This document shows positions 1-12,409 of a DNA stretch of 64,000 bases, one piece after another. The position numbers and the translations under genes are program-made. The stretch comes from Eledone cirrhosa (Eukaryota): contig OZ024745.1 of the NCBI GenBank assembly GCA_964016885.1, positions 112,096,001 through 112,160,000 of the forward strand, given 5' to 3'. Under the pieces are notes generated by a model. It worked only from the letters and a program-made list of their open reading frames with translations, was not told the origin of the DNA and searched no databases. The stretch's first letter is position 1, and every line of letters starts with the position of its first letter.

Positions 1-352
1 CCATGCGTTGTTGCCACAACCAATCCTTTTAAATTTTAAATTTTCTCTTTTTTTTTTTTCTTCTGAAGATCTGTTATTCCTCTCCATAGATTGTAAATGG
101 TAAAATCCATTTGAATGTCCCTGGGAGTTAAGTGATCCAACGGAATGGTAAAATCCAGTTCTTTGAAGAATATTTTGAAGTTGTCTCAGACAAAGAATAC
201 ACTTATGCGAAAGAAAGGGAAAAGTTGAAAATATTTACCTCGTTTGGTGTCGAATTTGTACACACTTACGTTTGTTTTCCTTTCGGCTTGTAATTGTTGT
301 GCATTTGATCACGGCAGAGGTTGTAGTAGTTTCTTATTACTCTGGAGTTTTG

Positions 353-382
<30 letters not shown>

Positions 383-387
<5 letters not shown>

Positions 388-588
388 AACGAGTAGGACC
401 CCGACGGCTGAGCTCAAGCCGTTTCGACGGCTAATTCTGGACGGCTAATTGAGTCCAGAATTAGCCGTCGAAACGGCTTGAGCTCAGCCGTCGGGGTCCT
501 ACTCGTTCCTATTACCCACTCTACTACCCTAACTATTGAGTACTTTGGTGCGTTATGGTCCACCTGGTTCCTTACCACATTTCCTTCG

Positions 589-590
<2 letters not shown>
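383..590 (+). mobile_element. Penelope-like fold-back cassette in (TA)n, with hammerhead 3' half and unpaired tail
   Basis: Perfect 60-bp inverted repeat 383-442/453-512 with 10-nt spacer; GAAA-CGGC-TTGAGCTCA-GCCG-TC at 470-492; tail 513-590 recurs at 56838-56916, 59880-59995 and 44095-44145 (-); (TA)n on both sides. Confidence 0.75.
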
Positions 591-633
<43 letters not shown>

Positions 634-1344
634 GTTGACTCTGGATAGAAAATATATTAACTTTTCACACCTTTGAGTGCTTTGAGACACTCTTAAACAA
701 TTCGATTGGTATCTGCTAAATTGCGGCTACAACTTCGATTTATACCTATAATTATTGTTATTCTCTCTGTTTCATGTATTTGATTGATAACGTGTTAGTT
801 ATTTTTTGTTCATAAACGCTATTTGAGTGCTTCATTGTGTTAGCAGATGTTGGATGAGAATCTTCACCAATAAAAATGTTTGTATATGAATTAATTTTAC
901 CGTGTTTTCTTATTCTTTTGGTTGTAAATGCAACCCACGTGTTGTATGAGTGGTTGAGTTACTGCAGTGTTAATGCTTCAGTGTGTGGAAGCCAGGTTAA
1001 CAGAGCAGAAATCTTGTTGAGAGATGTACTAGCACCAACCACATAATTATGGACATAACGTTCAGATGAATAATAAATTTGTGGAATTTCCTAGCTTTCG
1101 TCCGGGTAAGGCTAAATAGACTTTTTGCTGTGTTTGTAAGGACTATTTAAGTCAATATTTCAGTGATTGATTTCTTGTTCTTTGTGGTTAGTCACACATG
1201 ATTGTATGTGTTGACTTAAGCGGAGCCCTAAAAAAAATCAGTCCGGCAGGGACGGCTGCCTATAGAGGTATAATTGTGTGATACAATTGCTCCAGGTTCC
1301 AGGTTGGTTCCATGCATTGTTGCCACAACCAATTGATTATATAC

Positions 1345-2455
1345 AGTATCTATTGCTGATATCTATTTCCTATTGGTATCTTTCTTCTATTAATGGTATC
1401 TAGCTCCTATTAATGATGTCTACCTAAAATTAATGGTATCTAGCTCCTATTAATCATGTCTACCTAAAATTAATGGTATATAGCTCCTATTAATTATATT
1501 TATCTCCTATTAATGATATCTGTCTCCTAGTGATGGTATCTAGCGCCTATTAATGGTATATAAGGGCGGTGGATTGGCAGTATCGGTAGAGGGTTGGACG
1601 CCATGCTTTGCAGCAAAGAGTTACTTCCCTTTACAGACTGAGTTCAAATCCCGCCGAGGTTAACTTTGCCTTTCATCCTTACGGGGTCGATAAAATAAAG
1701 TACCAGTAATACACTGGGATAATTGCTGGCCTTGTGCCAAAAAGTAGAAACAATTAATGGTATATATCTCCTATTTATGATGTCTAGCTCCTATTAATGG
1801 TATCTATCTCTCATTGATATCTATCTCTTATTAATGGTACCTATCTCCTATTGATGATACCAATCTCCTATTAATGGTACCTATCTCCTATTGATGATAC
1901 CAATCTCCTATTAATGGTATCTATCTCCTATTGATGATACCAATCCCCTATTAATGGTATCTATCTCCTATTGATGATACCAATCCCCTATTAATGGTAT
2001 CTATCTCCTATTGATGATACCAATCTCCTATTAATGGTATCTATCTACTATTGATGATACCAATCTCTTATTAATGGTACCTATCTCCTATTGATGATAC
2101 CAATCTCCTATTAATGGTATCTATCTCCTATTGATGATACCAATCTCCTATTAATGGTATCAATCTCCTATTGATGATACCAATCTCCTATTAATGGTAT
2201 CTATCTCCTATTGATGATACCAATCTCCTATTAATGGTACCTATCTCCTATTGATGATACCAATCTCCTAATAATGGTATCTATCTCCTATTGATGACAT
2301 ATATCTCCTATTAATGGTATCTATCTCCTATTGATGATACCAATCTCCTATTAATGGTATCTATCTCCTATTGATGACATATATCTCTTATTTATGGTAT
2401 CTATCTCTTACTGATGGTATTTGTATCATATTGAAGATATCTATCTCCTATTAAT
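1345..2455. repeat. 20-bp minisatellite with 40-bp dimeric higher-order unit
   Basis: Alternating CTATTAATGGTATCTATCTC and CTATTGATGATACCAATCTC; interrupted by a SINE at 1564-1755. Confidence 0.9.
1564..1755 (+). mobile_element. tRNA-derived SINE family A (Meta-domain-like core)
   Basis: A-box-like TGGCAGTATCGG, B-box GAGTTCAAATCC, core GCCTTTCATCCTTACGGGGTCGATAAAATAAAGTACCAG; about 20 copies or fragments in the window. Confidence 0.85.
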
Positions 2456-2470
2456 GGTGGGGTAATAATA

Positions 2471-2628
2471 ATTGTTTCTACGTTTGGCACAAGGCCATCA
2501 ATTACCCCAGTGTATTACTGGTACTTTATTTTATCGACCCCCATAATGATTTGAACCCAGACTGTAAAGGCTGTAACTCTTTGTTGCAAAGCATAGCGTC
2601 TGACCCTCTACTGATACTGCCAATCCAT
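2471..2628 (-). mobile_element. SINE family A, internally deleted
   Basis: Reverse complement of 1564-1755. Confidence 0.75.
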
Positions 2629-2689
2629 GAATACTAAATAGAGATAAACATTATGGGAATGGTGATGATAATGATGATGATGTTGATGG

Positions 2690-2720
<31 letters not shown>

Positions 2721-2971
2721 ATAGATACTGTAATGACACCAATGACGATGTGACAACGATGATGATGATGATGTATGGAATAGATACTGCGATATTTTTA
2801 CTTAACCATTTATAGTATCTTCCCTGAGGGAGATATTGGTGCAGACAGGCCCAGAATGATGGAACTGTTGGAAAGCTGCTTCAAGACCAGCATTTTTTTA
2901 CACCTGTCACTAACATCACAATCAACATCACCCAATCTTGTGACTGCTACAATAATACCACCTTAATAACT

Positions 2972-5314
2972 GCTACCACCACCACCACCACCACCACCAC
3001 CACCACCACCACCACCACCTCCTCCACCACAATCACCACCAGCACTAACGTCACAACCATCACCACCACCACCACAACCACCACCACCACCACCACCACC
3101 ACCACCACCACTACCACCACCACCACCATCACTACTGCCAAAAGAAACCACCACCAACACCACCACTACCACCACCACCACCACCACCACCACCACCACC
3201 ACCACCACCACCACCACCACCACCACCACCACCACTACCACCACCACCACCATCACTACTGCCAAAAGAAACAACCATCACAACCACCACCAACACCACC
3301 ACCACCACCACCACCACCACCACCACCACCACCACCACCACCACCACCACCACCATCACTACTGCCAAAAGAAACCACCATCACAACCACCACCAACACC
3401 ACCACTACCACCACCACCACCACCACCACCACCATCACTACCACCACCATCACTACTGCCACCACAACCACCATCAAAACTACCACTACCACCAACACTA
3501 CCACCACCACCACCACCACCACCACCACCACCACCACCACCACCACCACCACCACCACCACCACCACCACCACCACCACCACCACCACCACCATCACTAC
3601 CACCACCACCACCACCACCACCACCACCACCATCACTACCACCACCATCACTACTGCCACCACAACCACCACCACCACCACCATCACTACTGCCACCACA
3701 ACCACCATCACAACCACCATCACAACCACCACCACCACCACCACCATCACTACTGCCAAAAGAAACAACCATCACAACCACCACCAACACCACCACTACC
3801 ACCACCACCACCACCACCACCACCACTACCACCACCACCACCATCACTACTGCCAAAAGAAACCACCATCACAACCACCACCAACACCACCACTACCACC
3901 ACCACCACCACCACCACCACCATCACTACCACCACCATCACTACTGCCACCACAACCACCATCAAAACTACCACTACCACCAACACCACCACCACCACCA
4001 CCACCACCACCACCACCACCACTACCACTACCACCACCATCACTACTGCCACCACAACCACCATCACAACCACCACCAACACCACTACCACCACCACCAC
4101 CACCACCACCACCACCACCACCACCACCACCACCACCACCACCACCACCACTACCACCACCACTACCACCATCACTACTGCCACCACAACCACCATCACA
4201 ACCATCACCACCACCACCACTACCACCAACACTACCACCACCACCACCACCACCACCACCACCACCACCACCACCACCATCACTACTGCCACCACCACCA
4301 CCACCACCACCACCACCATCACCACCACCAACACCACTACCACCACCATCACAACCACCACCACCACCACCATCACTACTGCCACCACAACCACCATCAC
4401 AACCACCATCACAACCACCACCACTACCACCACCACTACCACCATCACTACTGCCACCACAACCACCATCACAACCATCACCACCACCACCACTACCACC
4501 AACACTACCACCACCACCACCACCACCACCACCACTACCACTACCACCACCATCACTACTGCCACCACCACCACCACCACCACCACCACCATCACCACCA
4601 CCAACACCACTACCACCACCATCACAACCACCACCACCACCACCATCACTACTGCCACCACAACCACCATCACAACCACCATCACAACCACCACCACTAC
4701 CACCACCACTACCACCATCACTACTGCCACCATAACCACCATCACAACCATCACCACCACCACCACTACCACCACCACCACCACCATCACTACTGCCACC
4801 ACAACCACCATCACAACCACCATCACAACCACCACCACTACCACCACCACCACCACCATCACTACTGCCACCATAACCACCATCACAACCATCACCACCA
4901 CCACCACTACCACCACCACTACCACCATCACTACTGCCACCATAACCACCATCACAACCATCACCACCACCACCACTACCACCACCACTACCACCATCAC
5001 TACTGCCACCATAACCACCATCACAACCATCACCACCACCACCACTACCACCACCACTACCACCATCACTACTGCCACCATAACCACCATCACAACCATC
5101 ACCACCACCACCACTACCACCACCACTACCACCATCACTACTGCCACCATAACCACCATCACAACCACCACCACAACCACCACCACTACCACCACCATCA
5201 CCACTGCCACCACTAAACCTATTCCTATCCCCACCATCAACATTAATAACCCTTGCTATTGCTACTGCTGCTACTGCTGCTACTAATAATACCACCACCA
5301 CCACCACCACCACC

Positions 5315-5388
<74 letters not shown>

Positions 5389-5404
5389 CAGCACCACCAG
5401 CACC

Positions 5405-5462
<58 letters not shown>

Positions 5463-5505
5463 GCACCACCAGCACCACCACCACCACTACTACTACTACT
5501 ACTGT
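2972..5505. repeat. Complex (ACC/ACT/ATC)n trinucleotide array
   Basis: ACC runs with recurring CATCACTACTGCC modules; five AAAAGAAAC inserts shift the frame. Confidence 0.95.
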
Positions 5506-5880
5506 GTTAACAATGACTATGATGATGACTATGATGATGATGAGGTTGCTATTTAGCCCCAAGTAGATTTGATCAAACAGTTTTATGATTAAGAGTGACT
5601 ATCCTATCTTTTTTAGAAACATCTAGAACTACATTGTTGTATTTAAGGCAGTAGGATGTGATTTGGGAGAGATTCACTTGCTATTTCTTACAACTTCAAT
5701 GATCACATCATCATCATTTGTTATCTCCCCCTGCAGCAGATTCCCCCACTAACATGACTTAGTTCCTTCCAAAGTATTCTATTTTGTGTGGCTTCATTTA
5801 GTTCATATAAATTTAAACCAGACCATTTAGAGTCATTGTCTCGCCAGTGTCCTGGTGACTCATCCCTATTTCTTTTACTC

Positions 5881-6061
5881 TTAACCCTTTAGCATTTACA
5901 TTACTCTATATTTACTATTGTATTTTCCTCATAAACATTATCTCACATAATATCAAATTTGATATTATTTATTTTAAGAACAACACCTTAATATAAGTAT
6001 GAGCAGCTGGTTACGGCTGGTTTGAACAGAAAAACGGCCGGTTTAAATGTTAAAGGGTTAA
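5881..6061. mobile_element. piggyBac-type MITE
   Basis: TTAA-CCCTTTAGCATTTA...TAAATGTTAAAGGG-TTAA; the empty site is visible in the neighbouring duplicate near 6164. Confidence 0.85.
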
Positions 6062-6204
6062 TCATACCCTTATACAGGTTTTAGAATATATTTAAACCAG
6101 ACCACGTATAGACATTGTTTCACTAGCACCTCAGTGGCCCACCTGCCCCTATTTCTTTTACCCTTAATCATATCCTCCATACAGGTTTTAAAAAGATCTT
6201 TTTG

Positions 6205-7034
6205 TGAACATTTTACATGACCAAAGTGCTTTCAAAGTTTTTATATGGTCAAGTAGTTTGTGGGTTTTCATGAACCTCATAATATGGTTTTGAAAGGTCT
6301 TGGTTTTATTAATCATGGATGACGTCCAGTTGACATATTCAAGACCATAAAGGACGACATAAAGAATTGAACATTTTACATGACCAAAGTGCTTTCAAAG
6401 TTTTTATATGGTCAAGTAGTGTGTGGGTTTTCATGAACCTCATAATATGGTTTTGAAAAGACTTGGTTTTACTAATCATGGATGACGTCCAGTTGACATA
6501 TTCAAGACCATAAAGGACGACATAAAGAATTGAACATTTTACATGACCAAAGTGCTTTCAAAGTTTTTATATGGTCAAGTAGTGTGTGGGTTTTCATGAA
6601 CCTCATAATATGGTTTTGAAAAGACTTGGTTTTACTAATCATGGATGACGTCCAGTTGACATATTCCAGACCATAAAGGACGACATAAAGGATTGAACAT
6701 TTTACATGACCAAAGTGCAAAGTGCTTTCAAAGTTTTTATATGGTCAAGTAGTTTGTGGGTTTTCATGAACCTCATAATATGGTTTTGAAAGGACTTGGT
6801 TTTACTAATCATGGATGACGTCCAGTTGACATATTCCAGACCATAAAGGACGACATAAAGGATTGAACATTTTACATGACCAAAGTGCAAAGTGCTTTCA
6901 AAGTTTTTATATGGTCAAGTAGTTTGTGGGTTTTCATGAACCTCATAATATGGTTTTGAAAGGACTTGGTTTTACTAATCATGGATGACGTCCAGTTGAC
7001 ATATTCAAGACCATAAAGGACGACATAAAGGATT
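6205..7034 (-). repeat. Five tandem copies (163,163,163,170,170 bp) of a LINE-derived fragment
   Basis: Unit starts at 6205, 6368, 6531, 6694, 6864; minus translation ILYVVLYGLEYVNW...FQNHIMR resembles the RTE ORF C-terminal LLYGxExW motif. Confidence 0.8.
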
Positions 7035-7049
7035 AATTTGTGGCTCGGG

Positions 7050-7846
7050 GTGATGATGTTGATGGTGGTGGTGATGTAACAATGATGGTCATAATAATGG
7101 TGATGATGATAATGATGATGATTCTCATGATGATGATGATTGTCATCATGATGATGTTAATGGTGGTGATGATGATGGTGATGGTAATGCTAGTGGTGTT
7201 GCTAATGATGATGGAAATAACATCGATGTTAATGGTGATGTTGATGATGCTGTTGGTGATGATGATGACAGTGATGATGATGATGATGGTGATGATGGTG
7301 ATGGTGATAGCAATGATGATGGTGGTGATGCTGATGGTGGTAGCAATGATGATGGTGATGCTGATGGTGATAGCAATGATGATGGTGGTGATGATGATGG
7401 TGATAGCAATGATGGTGGTGATGCTGATGGTGGTAGCAATGATGATGGTGATGATGATGATGGTGATAGCAATGATGATGGTGATGCTGATGATGGTGAT
7501 AGCAATGATGATGGTGATGATGATGATGGTGATAGCAATGATGATGGTGATGCTGATGGTTGCAGTGGTTTTGGTGATGAGGGTAATGACAGTAATGACG
7601 ATGGTTATGGTAATGATGGTGGTAATAACATTGATGGTGATGATGGTGATGATGGTGATGACGATGATGATGATGTTGATGATGGTGATGATGGTGATGA
7701 TGATGATGGTGATGATGTTGATGATGGTGATGATGGTGATGATGATGATGATGATGATGATATCAATGATGATGCTGATCCTGAAGGCAATAGTAATTAG
7801 GATGATGGTGGTGGCAGTGATTTTGGAGATGATGGTAATGACAGTA

Positions 7847-7894
<48 letters not shown>

Positions 7895-7905
7895 ATGATG
7901 ATGAT
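7050..7905. repeat. (GAT/GGT)n trinucleotide array
   Basis: Direct inspection. Confidence 0.95.
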
Positions 7906-9054
7906 CGTTGCTATACAAAACAGTATTGGCTGGTTCCATGGTAATGGCGATGGCAGCAGTGGTGATATTGATTTCTGAGTAAGTTAGGCATTCTCTCCAG
8001 AGCACTGCTTTAAGTGGCATTATTGGAAAAATTCTGTGTCTGTCTCACAGAAATAACTTGCTCAGTGCCTGTCCAACCTATTTCATGAAGTCATTTATAG
8101 AACAATCATGAACCTGTTGCTATCCTAAGTTATTCCTGCCATTCACTTCTTCTGATTGATTCCGAGAACAGCTTAAATATCTATTTTACACTAATGGGTT
8201 CTCAAATTATACTATCTTAAACTTGAATGTTAAAAGAAAATATCTCAAAGGATTCCATTTTTATTTTTCCAATCACAACTAATGATGTAACTATGATGTA
8301 TCTTAAATAATATTATAGATTTTCTTATGATGACGATGTATATATAACTCCCATTCCTCTTTTCCTTACAGTACAGCCTATTAACTTCTTCTACTCAACT
8401 ATGATATTTCTAATTCTTATGATGATGATGGTGGTGGTGGTGATTTTACAGCCAGATGCCCTTCCTCACGCCAACTCTTTTAGTCACCTCTAAACCTCAA
8501 CCTTTACAACATGCAAAGATACAGAGTACTTATTCTAAAAACCAGGATACACATGGTATATTGCAAGAAAACAGTCACTACACAAACTAATGATAATTTA
8601 GTGGAGAAAAAAATCTAAGTAACAAAATATAACAAATAGTTATGTTAAAAAAATGTAAATAAAAAAAAATTTTTTTTACTGACATAGAAGTTGAGTTGAC
8701 AGAAATAAATTACATATACTTTGATCTCCTGAGGGCTGAAATATTAAGTCAATAACTGAGCGGATTTAAATACAGTATATTACACTGTAAATGTGGTTAA
8801 TGTTAGGAAGGGCATCCAGCTGTAAAAAACTCTGGCCAAATTTACAGTCCTGTCGGAGCAAGGTATGGCATGGTCAATCCTGGCCAGATTTGTCTCTTGA
8901 AGCTGACGACTCATCTGACCCATGCAAGCATGGAAAAATGGATGTTGAACGGTGATGATGATAATATTCCTGAAAACAACAAAAGTTTTACCCTTTTGAT
9001 ACCAACCTACGTATAACTGGCCCTGGTTTTATGATATATAGTTGTTTATTTTAA

Positions 9055-9298
9055 AGTGTGGATGGTGATCGCTGGTTGAAAAAGGGCCAAGAAATCCCAG
9101 TGGAAGGAAGCCACAGTAGATGACAGCAAAGGAACACTTGCACAGAGGTGGTGAGAACGGATCTCAAATTGCTGAAAGTCACAGTGGAGATGACAAAGAT
9201 TTGCAATGTGTGGAGAGATGCTGTGCTGAAAAGAACTTGTCCAACCCATGCAAGCATGGAAAAATGGATGAAAAAATGATGATGATTATGATGATGAT
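9055..9298 (+). mobile_element. RTE-like LINE 3' fragment with (GAT)n tail
   Basis: Encodes a W-stop-region resembling the RTE 3' end (DLQCVER/WRDAV); tail ACCCATGCAAGCATGGAAAAATGGA shared with SINE family B. Confidence 0.6.
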
Positions 9299-9690
9299 GT
9301 TTACATATTTCTAAAAACCTTCCATTCTAATTTTATGTAAAAAACCTTTGTTATGTTACAAACACCAGATGAATAGCAAGATAGTTAGTTATATAACTAA
9401 ATCACCTCAAATTCATGATTATTTGTAAGATTATTTGAAAACCATAGGCAAGTCTTTCATTAGAAATATGATAATGAAAGAGTTGTTAATAAGAAAAAGC
9501 ATTTGTATCTAATTTCAGATTGAAATAGTATTTTCTAAAGAAAAATAATTCACATAAAACCAAATAAAAAACATACTTCTCTGACAAATGCAAGTGGATC
9601 CAGAAATATTTAAAAATGCTACTCAGTAACTTGTAAATTATCTTCATGAATATAGTGCTTAAATATATATATGTATAAATTCATACATGC

Positions 9691-9765
<75 letters not shown>

Positions 9766-9770
<5 letters not shown>

Positions 9771-10651
9771 TGGTGCAGATAAATTCAGAAAAAAATTAAT
9801 GGATGATAAAACAGCATTTTTATATAACAAATTAATATGTTTCAACAAAAATTTATACACAGTGGGCACATAAATAAGATGCTAAAATCACTTGATGTGG
9901 CCACCTTCCACCACTTTTTCCAGGTGAGATCAGAAGCTGGAACAGGTGAGGCCATCCCTGTCCATGTTGGCCATGACATTCCTGATGGCAGCCTTGAGAG
10001 CCTCATTCGTGTTGTAGGGTCAGCTGTTCACCTCTTTCTCCAAGATGCCCCTCACAAAATAATTGAGAGGATTACAGTCTGACAATGAGGAAGGGGGGCA
10101 TAAGTCGGGCAACCACTGGTATGGCACATTAGTGAAGAGCCAGGCCTGGGTGGTCCTGGCCTTGTGGGTGAGGGTGGAGTCCTATTGAAAGATAGATGTA
10201 GGGCCTCCTATTAGCCACCCTATCTTCCCACAGCTTAATGTGTTCATCAGGGAACCTCATGTAACTGTTGGTACCAGGTGTAAGCCATCGGGGATGAACT
10301 CAGGCATCCTGCTGGCACCAGAAGGCTTCTTATGAGTCTTGCATTCTGGCCTGAAATTGTCTTTGTCATCTGAGGTTCCATATGCATTTGCAAGGTCCAC
10401 AGATCATGGTTTTAGGTTGTTTAAACCATTCAATGATTTCCTTGGCTTTGAGGCTGGTGCAAAGGCTATCCACAATAACAGCTTGATGATCATATTCTGA
10501 AGACATATCGATTACTAAGCAGCATGTGTATCATTAGCCACATAGCTGCTGAGGTGCAATACTTTCTAATGGCGCTCTCAAAACCTCGCTATGCTCTGAT
10601 GTCATGGCACTGTTACCATGTAAAAATTCTGGAATTATCTGCACCACACTG
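9766..10651 (-). mobile_element. Decayed Tc1/mariner-superfamily transposon (maT/DD37D-like)
   Basis: TIRs (T)AGTGTGGTGCAGATAAATTCAGAA / TTCTGGAATTATCTGCACCACACTG; minus-strand relic IFQ*DSTLTHKARTTQAW...PPSSLSDCNPLNYFVRG (cf. FQQDxAPxH and WPPxSPDLNPLD). Confidence 0.85.
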
Positions 10652-10680
10652 CATGTATATACATATATGCATATATATAT

Positions 10681-10886
10681 ATATTCATTTATTATGGCTA
10701 AATAGTGAGTCTTGTTACTATGGAGTTTCACCTGCACTCTCACAAGATCATCTGATTAACTTTTGAGTGCTCCGTGAAACTCCTGAGTAACAAGACTCAT
10801 TATTTAGCCATAATCAATGAATATAAACTCTATTTTGGTACTGAGTACTCTTTTCTCTCACACATTGTTGATGTGTGAGAGAAAAG

Positions 10887-10892
<6 letters not shown>
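10681..10892 (+). mobile_element. Fold-back cassette between (TA)n tracts
   Basis: About 50-bp inverted repeat 10681-10731/10774-10824; hammerhead-like 3' half GAAA-CTCCTGAG-TA; terminal 22-bp hairpin 10844-10892. Confidence 0.65.
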
Positions 10893-10917
<25 letters not shown>

Positions 10918-10927
10918 CATAAAAGAG

Positions 10928-10994
10928 TTTTATCTGATGAAAACACAAATATTATTGCATGATGATGTTTGTTTTTGAAATGCGCATAATAAAA
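10928..10994 (+). ncRNA. Type I minimal hammerhead ribozyme
   Basis: TTTTAT-CTGATGA-AAA.C.ACAAATATTATT(GCAT)GATGATGTTTGT.T.TTT-GAAA-TGCGCA-TA-ATAAAA. Confidence 0.9.
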
Positions 10995-11042
10995 TACATG
11001 GAACTCCTTTAACCATCTTTTGTTCTTATATATTATATATAC

Positions 11043-11079
<37 letters not shown>

Positions 11080-11180
11080 TGTATATATAGTGTATTTTGC
11101 AATACACTGTATGCTTAATTAAAAGTATTTTGAAGACCTTACGCTGTTGTTTTAGAGTAATGACAGTCTCACTTACTTTA

Positions 11181-11275
11181 ATTTTCAGCAAACAGGGGAG
11201 ATAAAGCTGACAGAGTTCTGTTTCGCACTTTTTGGGGCTTATCAAAGCTAAGTACTCCACCTGTTTGCTGAAAAT
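11181..11275 (-). ncRNA. Type I hammerhead with U3-A8 variant core and long stem I
   Basis: Minus strand: AGCT-TTGATAA-GCCC(CAAAAA)GTGC-GAAA-CAG(AACT)CTG-TC-AGCT; stem I extended by a 16-bp perfect helix; stem II is weak. Confidence 0.7.
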
Positions 11276-11408
11276 CCTGAATGTTTGATTCTTATAGAAT
11301 TCTAGTAATAATCCGTAGGCGGTATGCCGGTTGAGCACTCGATGATCACACAGAGCAGAGTATAATACTATAACAATAAAGTAACAAAGAGTCAGTGTTA
11401 CATACCAA

Positions 11409-11502
11409 GGCATATCTGAGGATCTTTTAATTCCAGAGTCAGGTTCAAGCAATAATAGATCATTCCTCGAGCTGATCGACAGTGAAACATATGTAATATG
11501 TT
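11409..11502 (+). ncRNA. Type I minimal hammerhead ribozyme
   Basis: GGCATAT-CTGAGGA-TCT.T...C.AGT-GAAA-CATATG-TA-ATATGTT; stem II is degenerate. Confidence 0.75.
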
Positions 11503-11557
11503 ATTAAATATGTAACAGACTCTTTGTTCCTTTATTCTTATAGTATATATATATATA

Positions 11558-11939
11558 TCATCATCATTTTCCGTCCGCTTTTCCCTGCTTGCAAGGGTGG
11601 GACGGGAACTGATTCTGGCTTGATTTCTACAGCTGGATGCCCTGCCTAACACCAACCTTATTTACAGTGAGTGCTGGGTGCTTTTTTTCCGTGGCGCCTA
11701 CACGTCCACTTTACAGTATGGGCTGGGTGCTTTTTTGCTGTGACACCTCCACATTCACTTTGCAGTGGAATGATAGGGACCCCAGTCCCTATCATCTCAT
11801 TTCTACACCTGAGTAAACTGGAGCAATGTGAAATAAAGTGTCTTGCTCAAGGAAACAACACATCACCCAGTCTGAGAATTGAACTCACAACCTTTCGATT
11901 GCAAGGCCAATGCTCTAAGCACTAAGCCATGTGCCTCCA
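11558..11939 (-). mobile_element. tRNA-derived SINE family B, full length
   Basis: Minus strand: TGGCTTAGTG...GAGTTCAATTC, TCCTTGAGCAAGACAC core, GGGCATCCAGCTGTAGAAA, (GAT)n tail. Confidence 0.85.
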
Positions 11940-11952
11940 TATATATATATAA

Positions 11953-11990
<38 letters not shown>

Positions 11991-11992
11991 GT

Positions 11993-12395
11993 ATGACCCC
12001 TTAGCCTTTGTCAAGTCAGAATTCTAGGAGAAGGAAAACTCTGATATAACTCCTGCAACCCTGATGGTATCCAATGATGTTGACTTGTTTTTCTTTTTGG
12101 TAAATATCATCTTGGTTAAGAGAGTGGGACTGGCTTTGTGCAGTGCCTTTGCTCACTATAAAAGCTTTACGGCACAGGCATTGCTTTATATCTGGAGATC
12201 TCTCTGCACTTGTCGTCACATGGTACCTTGGGCCCAGCACTATGTGTCAATAATTGTCACAAGTGTAGTGTTTGTACCAGAGTTTTCAAGTTGCTGGCTG
12301 GACTAAAATGTTACACTCGTTCAGCGCGTCGCTAGGGGTTCTCCTACATGGATATAAAGTAGTGGCCGTACTCGAAAACGAGTTGGCAGCCAACA
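11993..12395 (+). mobile_element. RTE-like LINE 3' end with C2H2-like motif
   Basis: WRSLC followed by CSVCTRVF...GL...HTR; near-identical copy at 57223-57622. Confidence 0.65.
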
Positions 12396-12409
12396 TGTAT
12401 GTATGTATA

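Noticed and set aside
1345-2455. CRISPR-like regular repeats (also 15420-15915 and 17221-18840)
   Set aside because: No unique spacers, no cas genes, eukaryotic context
2947-5562. Long poly-Val/Gly minus-strand ORFs
   Set aside because: Read-through of a trinucleotide array; frames switch at repeat inserts
7040-7978. 312-aa Met/Val-rich ORF
   Set aside because: (GAT)n microsatellite translation
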